A stretch of DNA of 34,020 bases from Dehalococcoidia bacterium (GCA_041494685.1 JBGQBE010000035.1:1-34020), one strand, 5' to 3'. Positions 18,998 through 29,105 are shown, counted from the first letter of the stretch. Made by a program: numbers and translations. The notes: generated from the sequence alone by a model not told the origin.

Positions 18998-19801
18998 CTA
19001 CGACTCCCCGTCGGCCGCGATCGCCGCCACCGGGCGGCGCGGCCGTTTGCGGCGCACTGTATCGATGAACGCGGCGGAGCGCACGTCGCGCTCTAGCACC
19101 CAGCGCACGTACTCCAGCAGCGCCCGCTCCAGCTCCGACGCCAGCGACGCATCGACGGACACCCGCGCCACGTCGCTGAAGCGGCCGTGCAGGAGGATCC
19201 GCAGCAGCTTCACGGCGTTGGCCGAGAGCGGGCGCACGGCCGTCTCCTCGGTACGGCACGCCGGGCAAACGACACCGCCGCCCGCCGCCGTCCAGTAGTT
19301 GGTCACGGGATCGAGGCGGCGGCGGCAGGTGACGCACTCCTCCAGCTCCGGGCGGTAGCCCAGCACATCGAGCAGCGCCATCTCGTAGAAGCGCACCGGC
19401 GTGTCGTAGTCGTCGCGCGTCTCAATGCGGCGCAGAGTGTCCAGCAACAGCCGGTAGAGGTCGGCGTGCTCCTCGCGGGGCTCGGTGAACTTGTCCAGGA
19501 GCTCGCAGGCGTAGAGCGCGCGGCTGAGCCGGTCGAGGTCGTCGCGCAGCGTCTGGAACGGCTCGATCGTCTCGACCTGCGTCACGACATCGAGCGACTT
19601 CCCCTTCGCGAGTTGGAAGTTCGCCTGCGTGAGCGGCTCGACGTGCCCTGCCATGCGGCTGCGCGCTTTGCGCACGCCCTTCGCCACCGCATCGACCTTG
19701 CCGAAGCGGGCCGTGTAGAGCGTGACGATCTTGTCAGCTTCTCCCAGCTTGCGCTGGCGCAGCACGATCGCGGGCGTGGTGTAGACGCGTGGCGGCGGCA
19801 T
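18998..19801 (-). CDS. recO: DNA repair protein RecO
   Basis: [44 protein letters not shown]...GGVVCPAC zinc finger; ATG 19801. Confidence 0.95.
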   Translation of the reverse strand: MPPPRVYTTPAIVLRQRKLGEADKIVTLYTARFGKVDAVAKGVRKARSRMAGHVEPLTQANFQLAKGKSLDVVTQVETIEPFQTLRDDLDRLSRALYACELLDKFTEPREEHADLYRLLLDTLRRIETRDDYDTPVRFYEMALLDVLGYRPELEECVTCRRRLDPVTNYWTAAGGGVVCPACRTEETAVRPLSANAVKLLRILLHGRFSDVARVSVDASLASELERALLEYVRWVLERDVRSAAFIDTVRRKRPRRPVAAIAADGES

Positions 19802-19811
19802 GGTGGGATGG

Positions 19812-19897
19812 TAGCAGGTTGGCGGTCTGCGGCTGAGGGTTGGCAATTGGGGATTAATCCACAGATGACGCAGATGGACACAGATTGGCGTGTCCAT
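19812..19897. repeat. Composite intergenic repeat: degenerate 7-mers plus CAGAT repeats and hairpin
   Basis: TAGCAGG TTGGCGG TCTGCGG CTGAGGG TTGGCAA; then CCACAGATG ACGCAGATG GACACAGAT; ATGGACAC/GTGTCCAT stem. Confidence 0.55.
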
Positions 19898-20006
19898 ACC
19901 GTTATGTCGCACTCAGATTCGCGGCCGGGCCTGCGCGTGCGCAGATCGCCTGTCTGTGCGATACTGATTGCATATACAACCATCTCGGAGCCAAGGAGAC
20001 ACGCGC

Positions 20007-20405
20007 ATGGCACTGGACCTCACCGACGACCAGCGGGCGATCATCGAGAGCCCGAACTTCGCCTACATCGCCACCGTCAACAAAGACGGCTCGCCGCAGG
20101 TCACGCCCGTCTGGATCGAGCACGACGGCAACTACATCGTCGTGAACAGCGAGCAGAAGCGGCTGAAGGTCCGCAACGTCAAGCGCGACCCCCGCGTCTC
20201 GCTCAACGTCGCGGAAGCGGCGAACCCCTACCACTACCTCACGATCAAGGGGCACGTCGTCGAGGTCACGGCCGAGGGCGGCTTCGAGGGCATCGACCGC
20301 CTGGCGAAGAAGTACATCGGCCAGGACAAGTACCCCTGGAACAAGCCCGAAGACGTGCGCGTGCAGATTCGCATCGCGGTGGACAAGATCAGCACCCCGC
20401 AGTAG
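20007..20405 (+). CDS. PPOX-class (pyridoxamine 5'-phosphate oxidase-like) F420-dependent oxidoreductase
   Basis: [37 protein letters not shown]...YP; AAGGAG SD. Confidence 0.92.
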   Translation: MALDLTDDQRAIIESPNFAYIATVNKDGSPQVTPVWIEHDGNYIVVNSEQKRLKVRNVKRDPRVSLNVAEAANPYHYLTIKGHVVEVTAEGGFEGIDRLAKKYIGQDKYPWNKPEDVRVQIRIAVDKISTPQ

Positions 20406-20482
20406 CCGCCGCGGCCACGTTCCTACCCGCGACTGATCCGGTATCCTTCAAGCCAACGAGGGTTCTGGAGGGGTATCGCGAC

Positions 20483-21490
20483 ATGCCAAAGGCGCTGATT
20501 ACGGGGATCACCGGCCAGGACGGGAGCTACCTGTCCGAGCACCTGCTCGAACGCGGGTACGAGGTCTTCGGGCTGATCCGCGGCCAGGCGAATCCGAAGC
20601 GCACGACGATCGAGCGCACGCTGCCCGACGTCCGGATCGTCGACGGCGACTTGCTGGACCAGGCATCGCTGATGAACGTCATCCAGAAGGTGCAGCCGGA
20701 CGAAGTGTACAACCTCGCGGCGATCAGCTTCGTGAAGCTCTCCTGGAACCAGCCGGAACTAACGGGCGAGATCACGGGCCTGGGCGCGCTGCGCGTGCTG
20801 GAGGCGATCCGCCTGACCACCGGCGCCAGCGGCTCGCGGTCGAAGTCGGCGCACGGCATCAAGTTCTACCAGGCGTCCAGCAGCGAGATGTTCGGCAAGG
20901 TGCGCGAGACGCCGCAGAACGAGATGACGCCCTTCCACCCGCGCAGCCCGTACGGCGTCGCGAAGGCCTACGCCCACTACATCACGGTGAACTACCGCGA
21001 GAGCTACAACATCTACGCCTGCAGCGGCATCCTCTTCAACCACGAGTCGCCGCGCCGCGGGCCCGAGTTCGTCACCCGCAAGTGCACGATCGGCGCGGCG
21101 CGCATCAAGCTGGGCCTGCAGAAGGAGTTGCTGCTGGGCGCGCTCGACCCGCGGCGCGACTGGGGCTTCGCCGGCGACTACGTCCGCGCGATGCACCTGA
21201 TGATGCAGCAGGACAAGCCCGATGACTTCGTGATCGGCACCGGCCAGACGCACCAGGTGCGGGACTGCGCGCGCATCGCGTTCGAGTGCGTCGGGCTGAA
21301 CTACGAGGACTACGTGCGCAGCGACGAGCAGCACATGCGGCCGGCGGAAGTCGACCTGCTGATCGCCGACGCGACGAAGGCGCGGGAGAAGCTGGGCTGG
21401 GCGCCGCAGGTCTCGTTCCAGCAACTCATCGAGATGATGGTCGAGTCGGACCTGGCGGCGGAGTCGAGGCTCCAGGCCGCGTCGGCCTAA
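20483..21490 (+). CDS. gmd: GDP-mannose 4,6-dehydratase
   Basis: [69 protein letters not shown]. Confidence 0.95.
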   Translation: MPKALITGITGQDGSYLSEHLLERGYEVFGLIRGQANPKRTTIERTLPDVRIVDGDLLDQASLMNVIQKVQPDEVYNLAAISFVKLSWNQPELTGEITGLGALRVLEAIRLTTGASGSRSKSAHGIKFYQASSSEMFGKVRETPQNEMTPFHPRSPYGVAKAYAHYITVNYRESYNIYACSGILFNHESPRRGPEFVTRKCTIGAARIKLGLQKELLLGALDPRRDWGFAGDYVRAMHLMMQQDKPDDFVIGTGQTHQVRDCARIAFECVGLNYEDYVRSDEQHMRPAEVDLLIADATKAREKLGWAPQVSFQQLIEMMVESDLAAESRLQAASA

Positions 21491-21830
21491 CCCAGTCTCC
21501 GGCCAGCGGGACGATCCGGCCGGTAGAGCGGCTGCCGGGGGCGTGCCGCGCGGGCATAGCGGAGGGACCAGCGTGGCGCTGCTGGCGTGGCTCTGGTCGA
21601 CCATCATCGAGTGGTGCGCCGCGCTGCTGCTCGGCGTGCTGGAGCCGCCGGTCAACGAGCCGCTTGAGCCGCGCGCGACACCCCGTGGGCGTGAACGCCG
21701 GGCCGAACCCGCAGTCACCGCTCCCGCACTTGACGCCGCTCCGCCCGCGGACTTGAGCAAGCCCGTCCGAGACGGCATGCTCATACCGCCGATGTTCCTC
21801 AACCGCGCCGATGCCCCCGAGGAGGGTGCC

Positions 21831-22100
21831 ATGAGCGACACGTCCTTCCTTTCGCAACTGGAGCAGCGCACCCAGCAGGTGAAGATCACGCTGGCGAACC
21901 TCGAAGCCGAGCGGACGCGCATCGAGGGCCTGATCGCGCGGCTGCAGCCGCTGGTACCCCACTACGACAACCTGCTGGACGCCGAGCGCGCCCTGCACGA
22001 GGCGCAGATCACGCTCGAGCCGGCGCCGTCGCGGGCGCCCGCGGCGGAGGACCGCTGGGGCTTCCAGGAGAAGCCGTCGCAGGAGCAGAACTGGGCCTAG
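21831..22100 (+). CDS. Small coiled-coil hypothetical protein (possible longer form from GTG 21573)
   Basis: GAGGAGG SD before ATG 21831; heptad-like LEQRTQQVKITLANLEAERTRIEGLIARL. Confidence 0.7.
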   Translation: MSDTSFLSQLEQRTQQVKITLANLEAERTRIEGLIARLQPLVPHYDNLLDAERALHEAQITLEPAPSRAPAAEDRWGFQEKPSQEQNWA

Positions 22101-22221
22101 CGGCACTCGCGCCAAACCTTAACGCTCGCGTAAGATAGCATCACGAAGGCAGGACATCGGATCCTGCCTTCCGCATCTCCGACGAGCCGCATCGACCCGG
22201 CCCGCACGAAAGGGGCAAGCG

Positions 22222-23241
22222 ATGACCGCCGAAGTCGAGACGAAGTACCCCGTCCAAATCATGGACGGCCTGTACCAGCTTCGCGTGCCGATCCCGAACA
22301 ACCCCTTGGGCTGGGTGCTGCCCTACCTGATCGAGGGCCGCGATGGCTGGACGCTCGTCGATTCCGGCTGGAACGTGCCGGAGGCGTTCGACGCGCTCGA
22401 ACAACAGCTCAACGACGCGGGCGTCGGCTTCAAGAACCTGAAGACGCTCCTCGTCACGCACATCCACCCGGACCACTACGGTCTCGCCGGCCAGGTGAAG
22501 GAGCGCAGCGGCGCGACGGTGATCATCCACCAGCGCGAGCGCGATCTGATCCGCTCGCGCTACCGCAACCCGGAGCAACTGCTCGCCACGATGGGCGAGT
22601 GGCTGATCATGCACGGCGTCCCGGCGGACTCGATGCAGGACCTGAAGACGTCGGCCATGCCGGTGCGCGGCTTCGTCGATGCGGTCGAACCGGACGAGGT
22701 GGTCTGGGGCGGCGAGCAGCTGGAGATCGGCCGCTTCACCTTCGAAGTGTGGTGGACGCCGGGCCACTCGCCAGGGCACATTTGCTTCCTCGAGCGCGGC
22801 AAGAAGTTCATCCTCACCGGCGACCACGTGCTGCCGACGATCACGCCGAACATCAGCCTGCACCCGCAGCAGCAGGGCAACCCGCTCGGCGACTACATCG
22901 CGTCGCTGAAGCGGCTGGAATCGCTGGACGTGGACCTGGTGCTACCGGCGCACGAGTACTCCTTCCATGATCTGCACGCCCGCCTGCGCGGCATTGAGCA
23001 CCACCACGAGGAGCGCCTCGACGAGATGGTCGGCTGCACCGGCGACGGCGCGCGCACTGCATACGAGATCGCGCGGCGCGTGAAGTGGGTGACCGGCACG
23101 CTCGACAGCTTCTCGCCGTGGATGCAGCGCGCGGCGCTGGGCGAGACGCTCTCGCACCTAGACTACCTGGTGCTGGAGGGCCGCCTGGAGAAGTTCATGG
23201 ACGCCGGCGTGCAATACTACCGCAAGCCCACCAAGGTCTGA
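22222..23241 (+). CDS. MBL-fold metallo-hydrolase
   Basis: LVDSG, THIHPDHYG, TPGHSPGH, TGDHVLP, LPAH; C-terminal wHTH-like ETLSHLDYL. Confidence 0.92.
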   Translation: MTAEVETKYPVQIMDGLYQLRVPIPNNPLGWVLPYLIEGRDGWTLVDSGWNVPEAFDALEQQLNDAGVGFKNLKTLLVTHIHPDHYGLAGQVKERSGATVIIHQRERDLIRSRYRNPEQLLATMGEWLIMHGVPADSMQDLKTSAMPVRGFVDAVEPDEVVWGGEQLEIGRFTFEVWWTPGHSPGHICFLERGKKFILTGDHVLPTITPNISLHPQQQGNPLGDYIASLKRLESLDVDLVLPAHEYSFHDLHARLRGIEHHHEERLDEMVGCTGDGARTAYEIARRVKWVTGTLDSFSPWMQRAALGETLSHLDYLVLEGRLEKFMDAGVQYYRKPTKV

Positions 23242-23285
23242 CGATCGGACCCGGGCTGCACCGGGCCGCGCACGGAGGCGATCGC

Positions 23286-23801
23286 ATGGCATACTACGGA
23301 CTGGTTGATACCGCCTTCGGGTCGATGCTCGTCGCCGTCGAGGGAGAGAAGCTGATCGCGGTGAAGTTCGGCGTCGACGAAGCGCGGCTCGCGGACGCCG
23401 TCGACGACCTGCGGCGCGAGCTGCGCGGCGCGTTCGCGCTGCAACACAGCGACGCGAAGATCCGCCCGGCGGCGGGGCAGTTGCGGGACTACCTCGCGGG
23501 CAAGCGCACCGGCTTCGACCTGCAGTACGACATCTCGTGGGTGACGCCCTTCCGGCGCAAGGTGCTGCAGGCGTGCGCGCGCATCCCGCGCGGGCAGGTA
23601 GCTACGTACGCCGACCTGGCGCGCCGCGCCGGCAGCCCCCGCGCCTTCCGCGCCGTCGGCCGCACTATGGCGACGAACCCGATCCCGATCGTCATCCCCT
23701 GCCACCGCGTCGTCGGCACGAACGGCAGCCTCACCGGCTTCGGCGGCGGGCTCGACATGAAGAGCCGCCTGCTCACGCTCGAAGGCGCGGCGCTGGTGTG
23801 A
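23286..23801 (+). CDS. ogt: Methylated-DNA--protein-cysteine methyltransferase
   Basis: IPRGQVATY, RAVG, NPIPIVIPCHRVV active site, GFGGG; GGAGG SD. Confidence 0.93.
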   Translation: MAYYGLVDTAFGSMLVAVEGEKLIAVKFGVDEARLADAVDDLRRELRGAFALQHSDAKIRPAAGQLRDYLAGKRTGFDLQYDISWVTPFRRKVLQACARIPRGQVATYADLARRAGSPRAFRAVGRTMATNPIPIVIPCHRVVGTNGSLTGFGGGLDMKSRLLTLEGAALV

Positions 23802-23971
23802 CGGCGGCGCGGACGGTGGCTGTGTGGGTCGCGATCGCGGCTACGGACGAGGACCGCGCGTGGCTGGCGAACGTCACCTTCGACTCGCGTTCTGTGTCAT
23901 CCATCGAATAAGCCCGCATCGATCGACGCGAGCTTAGCCACTGATTCGCAACACCGGACCGCTCGTCAGCG

Positions 23972-24538
23972 CTACTCCGGCGGCTTGGCCGCGGCGGGGG
24001 GTGTGTAGCGGGCGGTGCTCGCACGCCGCGCAGGCGCCGCCATCGGTTCCATCGGCGGCTCGGTCTGCGCGCTGCCGACCGGTCGCGGCGCGGGCGCGCT
24101 GCGCTCCGCTCCGCAGTAGGGGCACACCACCCACGACGACGACGCCGGCCGGCCGCACGACTCGCACGCCGTTCGCAGCGTCGAACGACAGTACGGACAG
24201 ACGAGGAAGTCGTCCTCCACTTTGCGGCGGCAGGTCGGACACGTCGCCTGCTCCTGGATCTCGTGCAGCAGCGCCTCCGCCTCCAGGCGGCGGTCGTATA
24301 TCTCGGCCATCGTGTCCTTCGGGCGCAGGATGACGTAGAGCAGCAGGCCCGGCAGGTTAAAGAGCACCACCATACCCAGCGACATCGCCTGCGTGAACGC
24401 GTCGCCCGTGCGGGCGGCGATGTCGCGGTACGTCCACACCAGCGCCGCGATCCACATCACCAGCAGGTAGGCGATCAGCACGATGGCGGCGATCGTCGCC
24501 AGGGCCTGCCAGTTGTCCTGGATCGCGAGCGGTATCAA
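23972..24538 (-). CDS. Membrane protein with double zinc ribbon
   Basis: Two TM helices, then CPTC/CPYC/CESC/CPYC; GAGGAG SD 7 nt before TTG 24538; TGATATAAT extended -10 at 24599-24607 (minus). Confidence 0.8.
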   Translation of the reverse strand: MIPLAIQDNWQALATIAAIVLIAYLLVMWIAALVWTYRDIAARTGDAFTQAMSLGMVVLFNLPGLLLYVILRPKDTMAEIYDRRLEAEALLHEIQEQATCPTCRRKVEDDFLVCPYCRSTLRTACESCGRPASSSWVVCPYCGAERSAPAPRPVGSAQTEPPMEPMAAPARRASTARYTPPAAAKPPE

Positions 24539-24689
24539 GACATATCTCCTCGCTGCGGGGTGGCAAGGCGCGCGGCGCCCCCATGGCACCGCGACGCGAT
24601 TATATCACGGCCGCGGCTGCCGGGCGGCCGCGAGCTTTACGTCGCCGGGCGCTGTCACCCCCCCGCCGGCGCCGGTACGCTGGTGCGGC

Positions 24690-26927
24690 ATGCATATCCT
24701 GGACGATCTGAACCCGCCGCAGCGTGAAGCCGTCACGCACATCGAGGGGCCGCTGCTGATCCTCGCCGGCCCCGGCTCGGGCAAGACGCGCGTCATCGCC
24801 CACCGCATCGCGTACCTGGTCGACGAGGCCGGCGTCGCGCCGTGGCGCATCGTCTCCGTCACCTTCACCAACAAGGCAGCGCGCGAGATGCGCCTCCGCG
24901 TCGTCGCGCACCTGGGCGCGGCGGCGCAGGACCTCGTGCTGGGCACGTTCCACTCGATCTGCGCGCGCCTGCTGCGCACCGAGGGCCCGCGCATCGGCCT
25001 CGATCGCGCGTTCAACATCTACGACGACGCGGACCAGATGGCGCTGATGAAGCGCATCACGGAGTCACTGGGCATCGATTCGAAGCGGTTCAAGGACCGC
25101 GCGATCCTGTCGTCCATCTCGCGCGCGAAGAGCGAGCTGATCACGCCGTACGCCTACGCAACAGCGAGCCGCGACTACTACGAAGAGATCGTCGGGCGGG
25201 CGTACGAGCTATACCAGCAGATGCTCGCCGAAAACAGCGCGCTCGACTTCGACGACCTGATCATGCGCTCGGTCGAGATGCTGCGCGGGAACGAGGAGGT
25301 CCGCGAGAAGTACCAGGAGCGCTTCCTGCACGTGCTGGTGGACGAGTTCCAGGACACGAACATCGCGCAGTACCAGCTCGCGCGGCTCTTCGCCGCGAAG
25401 CACGGCAACATCTGCGTCGTCGGCGACCCCGACCAGTCGATCTACTCGTGGCGGTCGGCGGACATCCGCAACATCATGAACTTCGAGCAGGACTTCCCCG
25501 GCGCGCGCATCGTGCTGCTGGAGCAGAACTACCGCTCGACGCAGACGATCCTCGACGCGGCGCATGCCGTCATCGCCGGCAACAAGCAGCGCAAGCAGAA
25601 GTCGCTGTGGACCGACCGCGGCGGCGGCGAGCCGATCGTGGCGTACGAGGCGTACGACGAGCAGGAGGAGGCGGGCTTCGTCGCGCAGGAGATCGACGGC
25701 ATGTTAAAGGGGCAGTACAGCCCCGGCGACATCGCGGTGATGTACCGCACGAACGCGCAGTCCCGCGCCATCGAGGAGGCGCTGATCGCGGCGCGCATCC
25801 CATACCAGCTCGTGGGCGGCACGCGCTTCTATGAGCGGCGAGAGGTGAAGGACCTACTGGCGTACCTGCGGCTGGCGCACAACTCGTTCGACGCGGTGAG
25901 CTTTCTCCGCGTGGTCAACGTGCCGGGCCGCGGCATCGGCGCGAAGACCATCGCGGAGCTGGAGCGCTGGGCGCGCGCGCGGAATGTGCCGCTGTACACG
26001 ACGCTGCAGCTCATCGCCGCACAGCAGGCGGCCCGCGAGCCGCCGCCGCCGGCCGAGCGGCACCCGATCGCGGCGGCGAAGGCGAACACGCTGCTCGAGT
26101 TCCTGCGGCTGCTCGACGAGTTGATCGACGTAGCGGCGAAGAACAACGTCTCGACGCTGCTGGACGGCGTGATCGAGCGGACGTCGTTCCGGCGTTACCT
26201 GTACGGCGAGTTTGACGAAGGCGACGCGGACGAGCGCTGGGCAAACGTGCAGGAGTTGCAGAACGTCGCCTCAAACTACGACCAGCTGGCGCCGGGCGAG
26301 GGGCTGGTCTCGTTCCTGGAGGACGTGGCGCTGATCTCGGACGCCGACACGATCGCCGAGGCCGAAGGCGGGCGTGACGAGCGTGTGACGCTAATCACGC
26401 TGCACTCGGCGAAGGGGCTGGAGTACCCGGTCGTCTTCATGACCGCGATGGAGGAGGGCGTCCTGCCCCACATCCGCTCGTTCGACGATCCGGCGCAGAT
26501 GGAGGAGGAGCGCCGGCTCTGCTACGTCGGCATGACGCGCGCGAAGGAGCGGCTGTACCTGCTGCGCGCCTTCCGCCGCTACGCGATGGGCGCGTCGCAG
26601 CACGCGCCACCGTCGCGCTTCCTGAAGGACATACCGGCGGAGCTGGTGTCGCAACGCTCGGCCGTGCGCGACGAGGCCGCCGCGGTAGAGCGCGGGCCGC
26701 AGCGCTTCCGCGAGTCGTTCGTCCGCCGCGACGAGCGCCCGTCCGCGGACGACGCCGACCACAACGCGTTCAGCGGCGGCGAGAAGGTGCGCCATCCTCT
26801 GTTCGGCGAAGGCATCGTGGTGTCGGTGATGACGAAGGGGGACGACCAGGAGCTGAAGATCGCGTTCAAGGGCGGCGCCGGCATCAAGAAGCTGATGCTC
26901 TCCTTCGCCCCGCTCGAACGAATGTAG
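24690..26927 (+). CDS. pcrA: UvrD/PcrA superfamily 1 DNA helicase
   Basis: LAGPGSGKT, TFTNKAA, VDEFQDTN, VGDPDQSIYSWR, LEQNYRS, TLHSAKGLEY, EERRLCYVGMTRA, C-terminal Tudor-like V.HPLFGEG. Confidence 0.95.
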   Translation: MHILDDLNPPQREAVTHIEGPLLILAGPGSGKTRVIAHRIAYLVDEAGVAPWRIVSVTFTNKAAREMRLRVVAHLGAAAQDLVLGTFHSICARLLRTEGPRIGLDRAFNIYDDADQMALMKRITESLGIDSKRFKDRAILSSISRAKSELITPYAYATASRDYYEEIVGRAYELYQQMLAENSALDFDDLIMRSVEMLRGNEEVREKYQERFLHVLVDEFQDTNIAQYQLARLFAAKHGNICVVGDPDQSIYSWRSADIRNIMNFEQDFPGARIVLLEQNYRSTQTILDAAHAVIAGNKQRKQKSLWTDRGGGEPIVAYEAYDEQEEAGFVAQEIDGMLKGQYSPGDIAVMYRTNAQSRAIEEALIAARIPYQLVGGTRFYERREVKDLLAYLRLAHNSFDAVSFLRVVNVPGRGIGAKTIAELERWARARNVPLYTTLQLIAAQQAAREPPPPAERHPIAAAKANTLLEFLRLLDELIDVAAKNNVSTLLDGVIERTSFRRYLYGEFDEGDADERWANVQELQNVASNYDQLAPGEGLVSFLEDVALISDADTIAEAEGGRDERVTLITLHSAKGLEYPVVFMTAMEEGVLPHIRSFDDPAQMEEERRLCYVGMTRAKERLYLLRAFRRYAMGASQHAPPSRFLKDIPAELVSQRSAVRDEAAAVERGPQRFRESFVRRDERPSADDADHNAFSGGEKVRHPLFGEGIVVSVMTKGDDQELKIAFKGGAGIKKLMLSFAPLERM

Positions 26928-26930
26928 CGC

Positions 26931-27752
26931 TCACGCCAGCGGCAGCTGCCAGGCCAGCGGATCGATGCCGCGCAGCACGGCGGCTCCGTGCGCACCCGCC
27001 CGCTCGCAGGCTTCGCGGAGTGGCAGGCCGCGCGCGACGTACCACGTGAGCGCGGCCGCGAAGCTGTCGCCCGCGCCATATGCGCCAGCCACTGGCTGCG
27101 GCGTGGTAGGCGCGGCGAAGCGCTCGATACCGGCCGCCGTCTCGATGGTGCCGCCGCGCGCGCCGTCGGTGAGGACCAGCGCGCCGGGCGCGACCGCGTA
27201 GTCCGCGAGTTTGCCCTGCTCGCGCGGGTCCACGGCGCTGCCGACGACGAAGTCGGCGCGCACGCCCGACCGCGCCAGCGCCTGCGACCGCCGCGCCGTC
27301 ACGACGAGCAGCGGCGCGGCACGCGCCGCGCGGAGCACGTCGGGATCCTGCGCGGTGAAGTAGGCCGCGTCGCATGCCGCGAGATCGTCCCAGGGCAGCG
27401 GGTCGTCGTGGCGCGGGTGCAGCGGCTCGCCGGCCACGATGATCGTGCGCTCCCCGTCCGGCGTGATCAGCACGATGTCGCGCGTGTGCGACTCGTCGCG
27501 CCGGGCGGCGTGGACGCGCGCGCCGCTCGCCGCGAGCCGCGATTCGACGAAGCGGGCCGCGTCGTCGTTGCCGAGCGCGGTGAACAGCAGCACCTCGGCG
27601 GGCGAACGCGCCAGCTGCCAGAAGGCGATGCCGCCGCCGCCCGCGGCGAGTGCGACCGGCGCGTCGAGGTGCAGGATGTCGCCACGTCCGGGCAGCGCGG
27701 CCACCCGCGCCACGGTCACATGCTCCACGTGCCCGATCACGGCGATTCGCAT
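26931..27752 (-). CDS. PfkB/ribokinase-family carbohydrate kinase
   Basis: AGGGG, LGND, GERTI, LTDGARG, YGAGDSFAA. Confidence 0.88.
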   Translation of the reverse strand: MRIAVIGHVEHVTVARVAALPGRGDILHLDAPVALAAGGGGIAFWQLARSPAEVLLFTALGNDDAARFVESRLAASGARVHAARRDESHTRDIVLITPDGERTIIVAGEPLHPRHDDPLPWDDLAACDAAYFTAQDPDVLRAARAAPLLVVTARRSQALARSGVRADFVVGSAVDPREQGKLADYAVAPGALVLTDGARGGTIETAAGIERFAAPTTPQPVAGAYGAGDSFAAALTWYVARGLPLREACERAGAHGAAVLRGIDPLAWQLPLA

Positions 27753-27813
27753 GGCCGGAGTGTAGCCAACCCGTGGCTGTCACATGCACGCGCCACACTG
27801 TAACCTGACCAGT

Positions 27814-29064
27814 ATGAAGGCTGAGATCCTCTCCATCGGTACCGAGATCCTGCTGGGCGAGATCGTCGATACGAACGCGTCGTACATCGCGTCGCGGCTG
27901 CCCGCGCTGGGGGTGGACCTGTACTTCAAGGCGGTCGTCGGCGACAACCTGGAGCGGCTCACCGAGACGATCGGCAAGGCGCGCGAGCGCTCCGACATCG
28001 TCATCTGCACAGGCGGCCTCGGCCCCACCGAGGACGATCTGACGCGCGAGGCGATCTGCGCCGTGCTGGGCGAAGAGCCGCACGTCGACCCGGAGCTGGA
28101 GGCGACGCTGCGCGGCTTCTTCGAGCGGCGCGGCTACGCGATGCCGGAAAGCAACGTGAAACAGTGCTGGGTGGCGCCGTCGTGCCGCCCGATCCCCAAC
28201 CCGCGCGGCACCGCGCCCGGCTGGTGGGCGGAGCGCGACGGCAAGATCATCGTCGCCATGCCCGGCCCGCCCACCGAGATGACCCGCATGTGGGAGAACG
28301 AGGTCGCGCCGGAGATCCGGCGGCGGAACCCCGGCTCGGTGCTGGTGACGCGCACGCTGAAGACCGCCGGCATCGGCGAGGGCACCGTGGACGAGATGGT
28401 GAGCCCGCTGCTCAAGTCCACCAACCCCAGCATCGGCATCTACGCGCGGGCCGACGGCGTGCACGTGCGCCTCGCGGCCAAGGCGCCCGACCAGGAGGCC
28501 GCGTGGCGCCTCATCCGCCCGGTGGAGGAGGACGCGCGGCGTATCCTCGGTCCCGCCATCTGGGGCGCTGATGAGGATACCTTCGAGAGCGCGGTCGGCG
28601 ACCTGCTCAAGGAGCACCGGCTCTCGCTGGCGACGATGGAGTCGCTGACCGGCGGCCTGCTGGCCAGCACGATCACCGACGTGCCCGGCTCGTCGGAGTA
28701 CTTTCGTGGCGGCTTTGTCTCGTACCAGACCGAACTCAAGATCGAGCTGGGCGTGCCGGCGGAGGTCGTCGCCGAGTACGGCGTCGTCTCGATCGAGACG
28801 GCGCGGGCGATGGCGCAGGCGGCGCGCGAGCGCCTGGGCGCCAGCGTCGGCATCGGCATCACGGGCGTCGCCGGCCCCGACGAGCAGGAAGGCAAGCCCG
28901 TCGGCACCGTACACGTCGCCGTGGACAGCACCTGGGCGCCGCCGATGAGCTCCAGCTCCGTCTTCCCGCAGGGCCGCGCGGCCGTGAAGCGCCGCGCCGT
29001 CACCACGGCGCTGGTGATGTTGCGCAACGCGCTGCTCAGCTACCGCGGCGAGACGCTCGTCTAG
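27814..29064 (+). CDS. cinA: Competence/damage-inducible protein CinA (MoCF + NMN deamidase PncC domains)
   Basis: AEILSIGTEILLGEIVDTN, VGDN, GGLGPTEDDLT, GTAPG, MPGPP.EM, ESLTGG, ITGVAGP, KPVGTV. Confidence 0.94.
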   Translation: MKAEILSIGTEILLGEIVDTNASYIASRLPALGVDLYFKAVVGDNLERLTETIGKARERSDIVICTGGLGPTEDDLTREAICAVLGEEPHVDPELEATLRGFFERRGYAMPESNVKQCWVAPSCRPIPNPRGTAPGWWAERDGKIIVAMPGPPTEMTRMWENEVAPEIRRRNPGSVLVTRTLKTAGIGEGTVDEMVSPLLKSTNPSIGIYARADGVHVRLAAKAPDQEAAWRLIRPVEEDARRILGPAIWGADEDTFESAVGDLLKEHRLSLATMESLTGGLLASTITDVPGSSEYFRGGFVSYQTELKIELGVPAEVVAEYGVVSIETARAMAQAARERLGASVGIGITGVAGPDEQEGKPVGTVHVAVDSTWAPPMSSSSVFPQGRAAVKRRAVTTALVMLRNALLSYRGETLV

Positions 29065-29105
29065 CCGGACTGGGGCGAAGCCGCGCCGGTCGCTAGGCTA
29101 GTCCC

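Noticed and set aside
19187..21490. 767-aa ORF as a giant gmd fusion
   Set aside because: N-terminal part is the antisense shadow of recO and an alternate frame of the PPOX gene; gmd has its own SD and ATG at 20483
26884..28914. 676-aa minus-strand ORF and similar long Arg/Ala-rich ORFs (2134-3492, 4559-6106, 8439-10028, 11707-12930)
   Set aside because: Stop-poor shadow frames typical of high-GC DNA, overlapping well-supported genes, with no motifs
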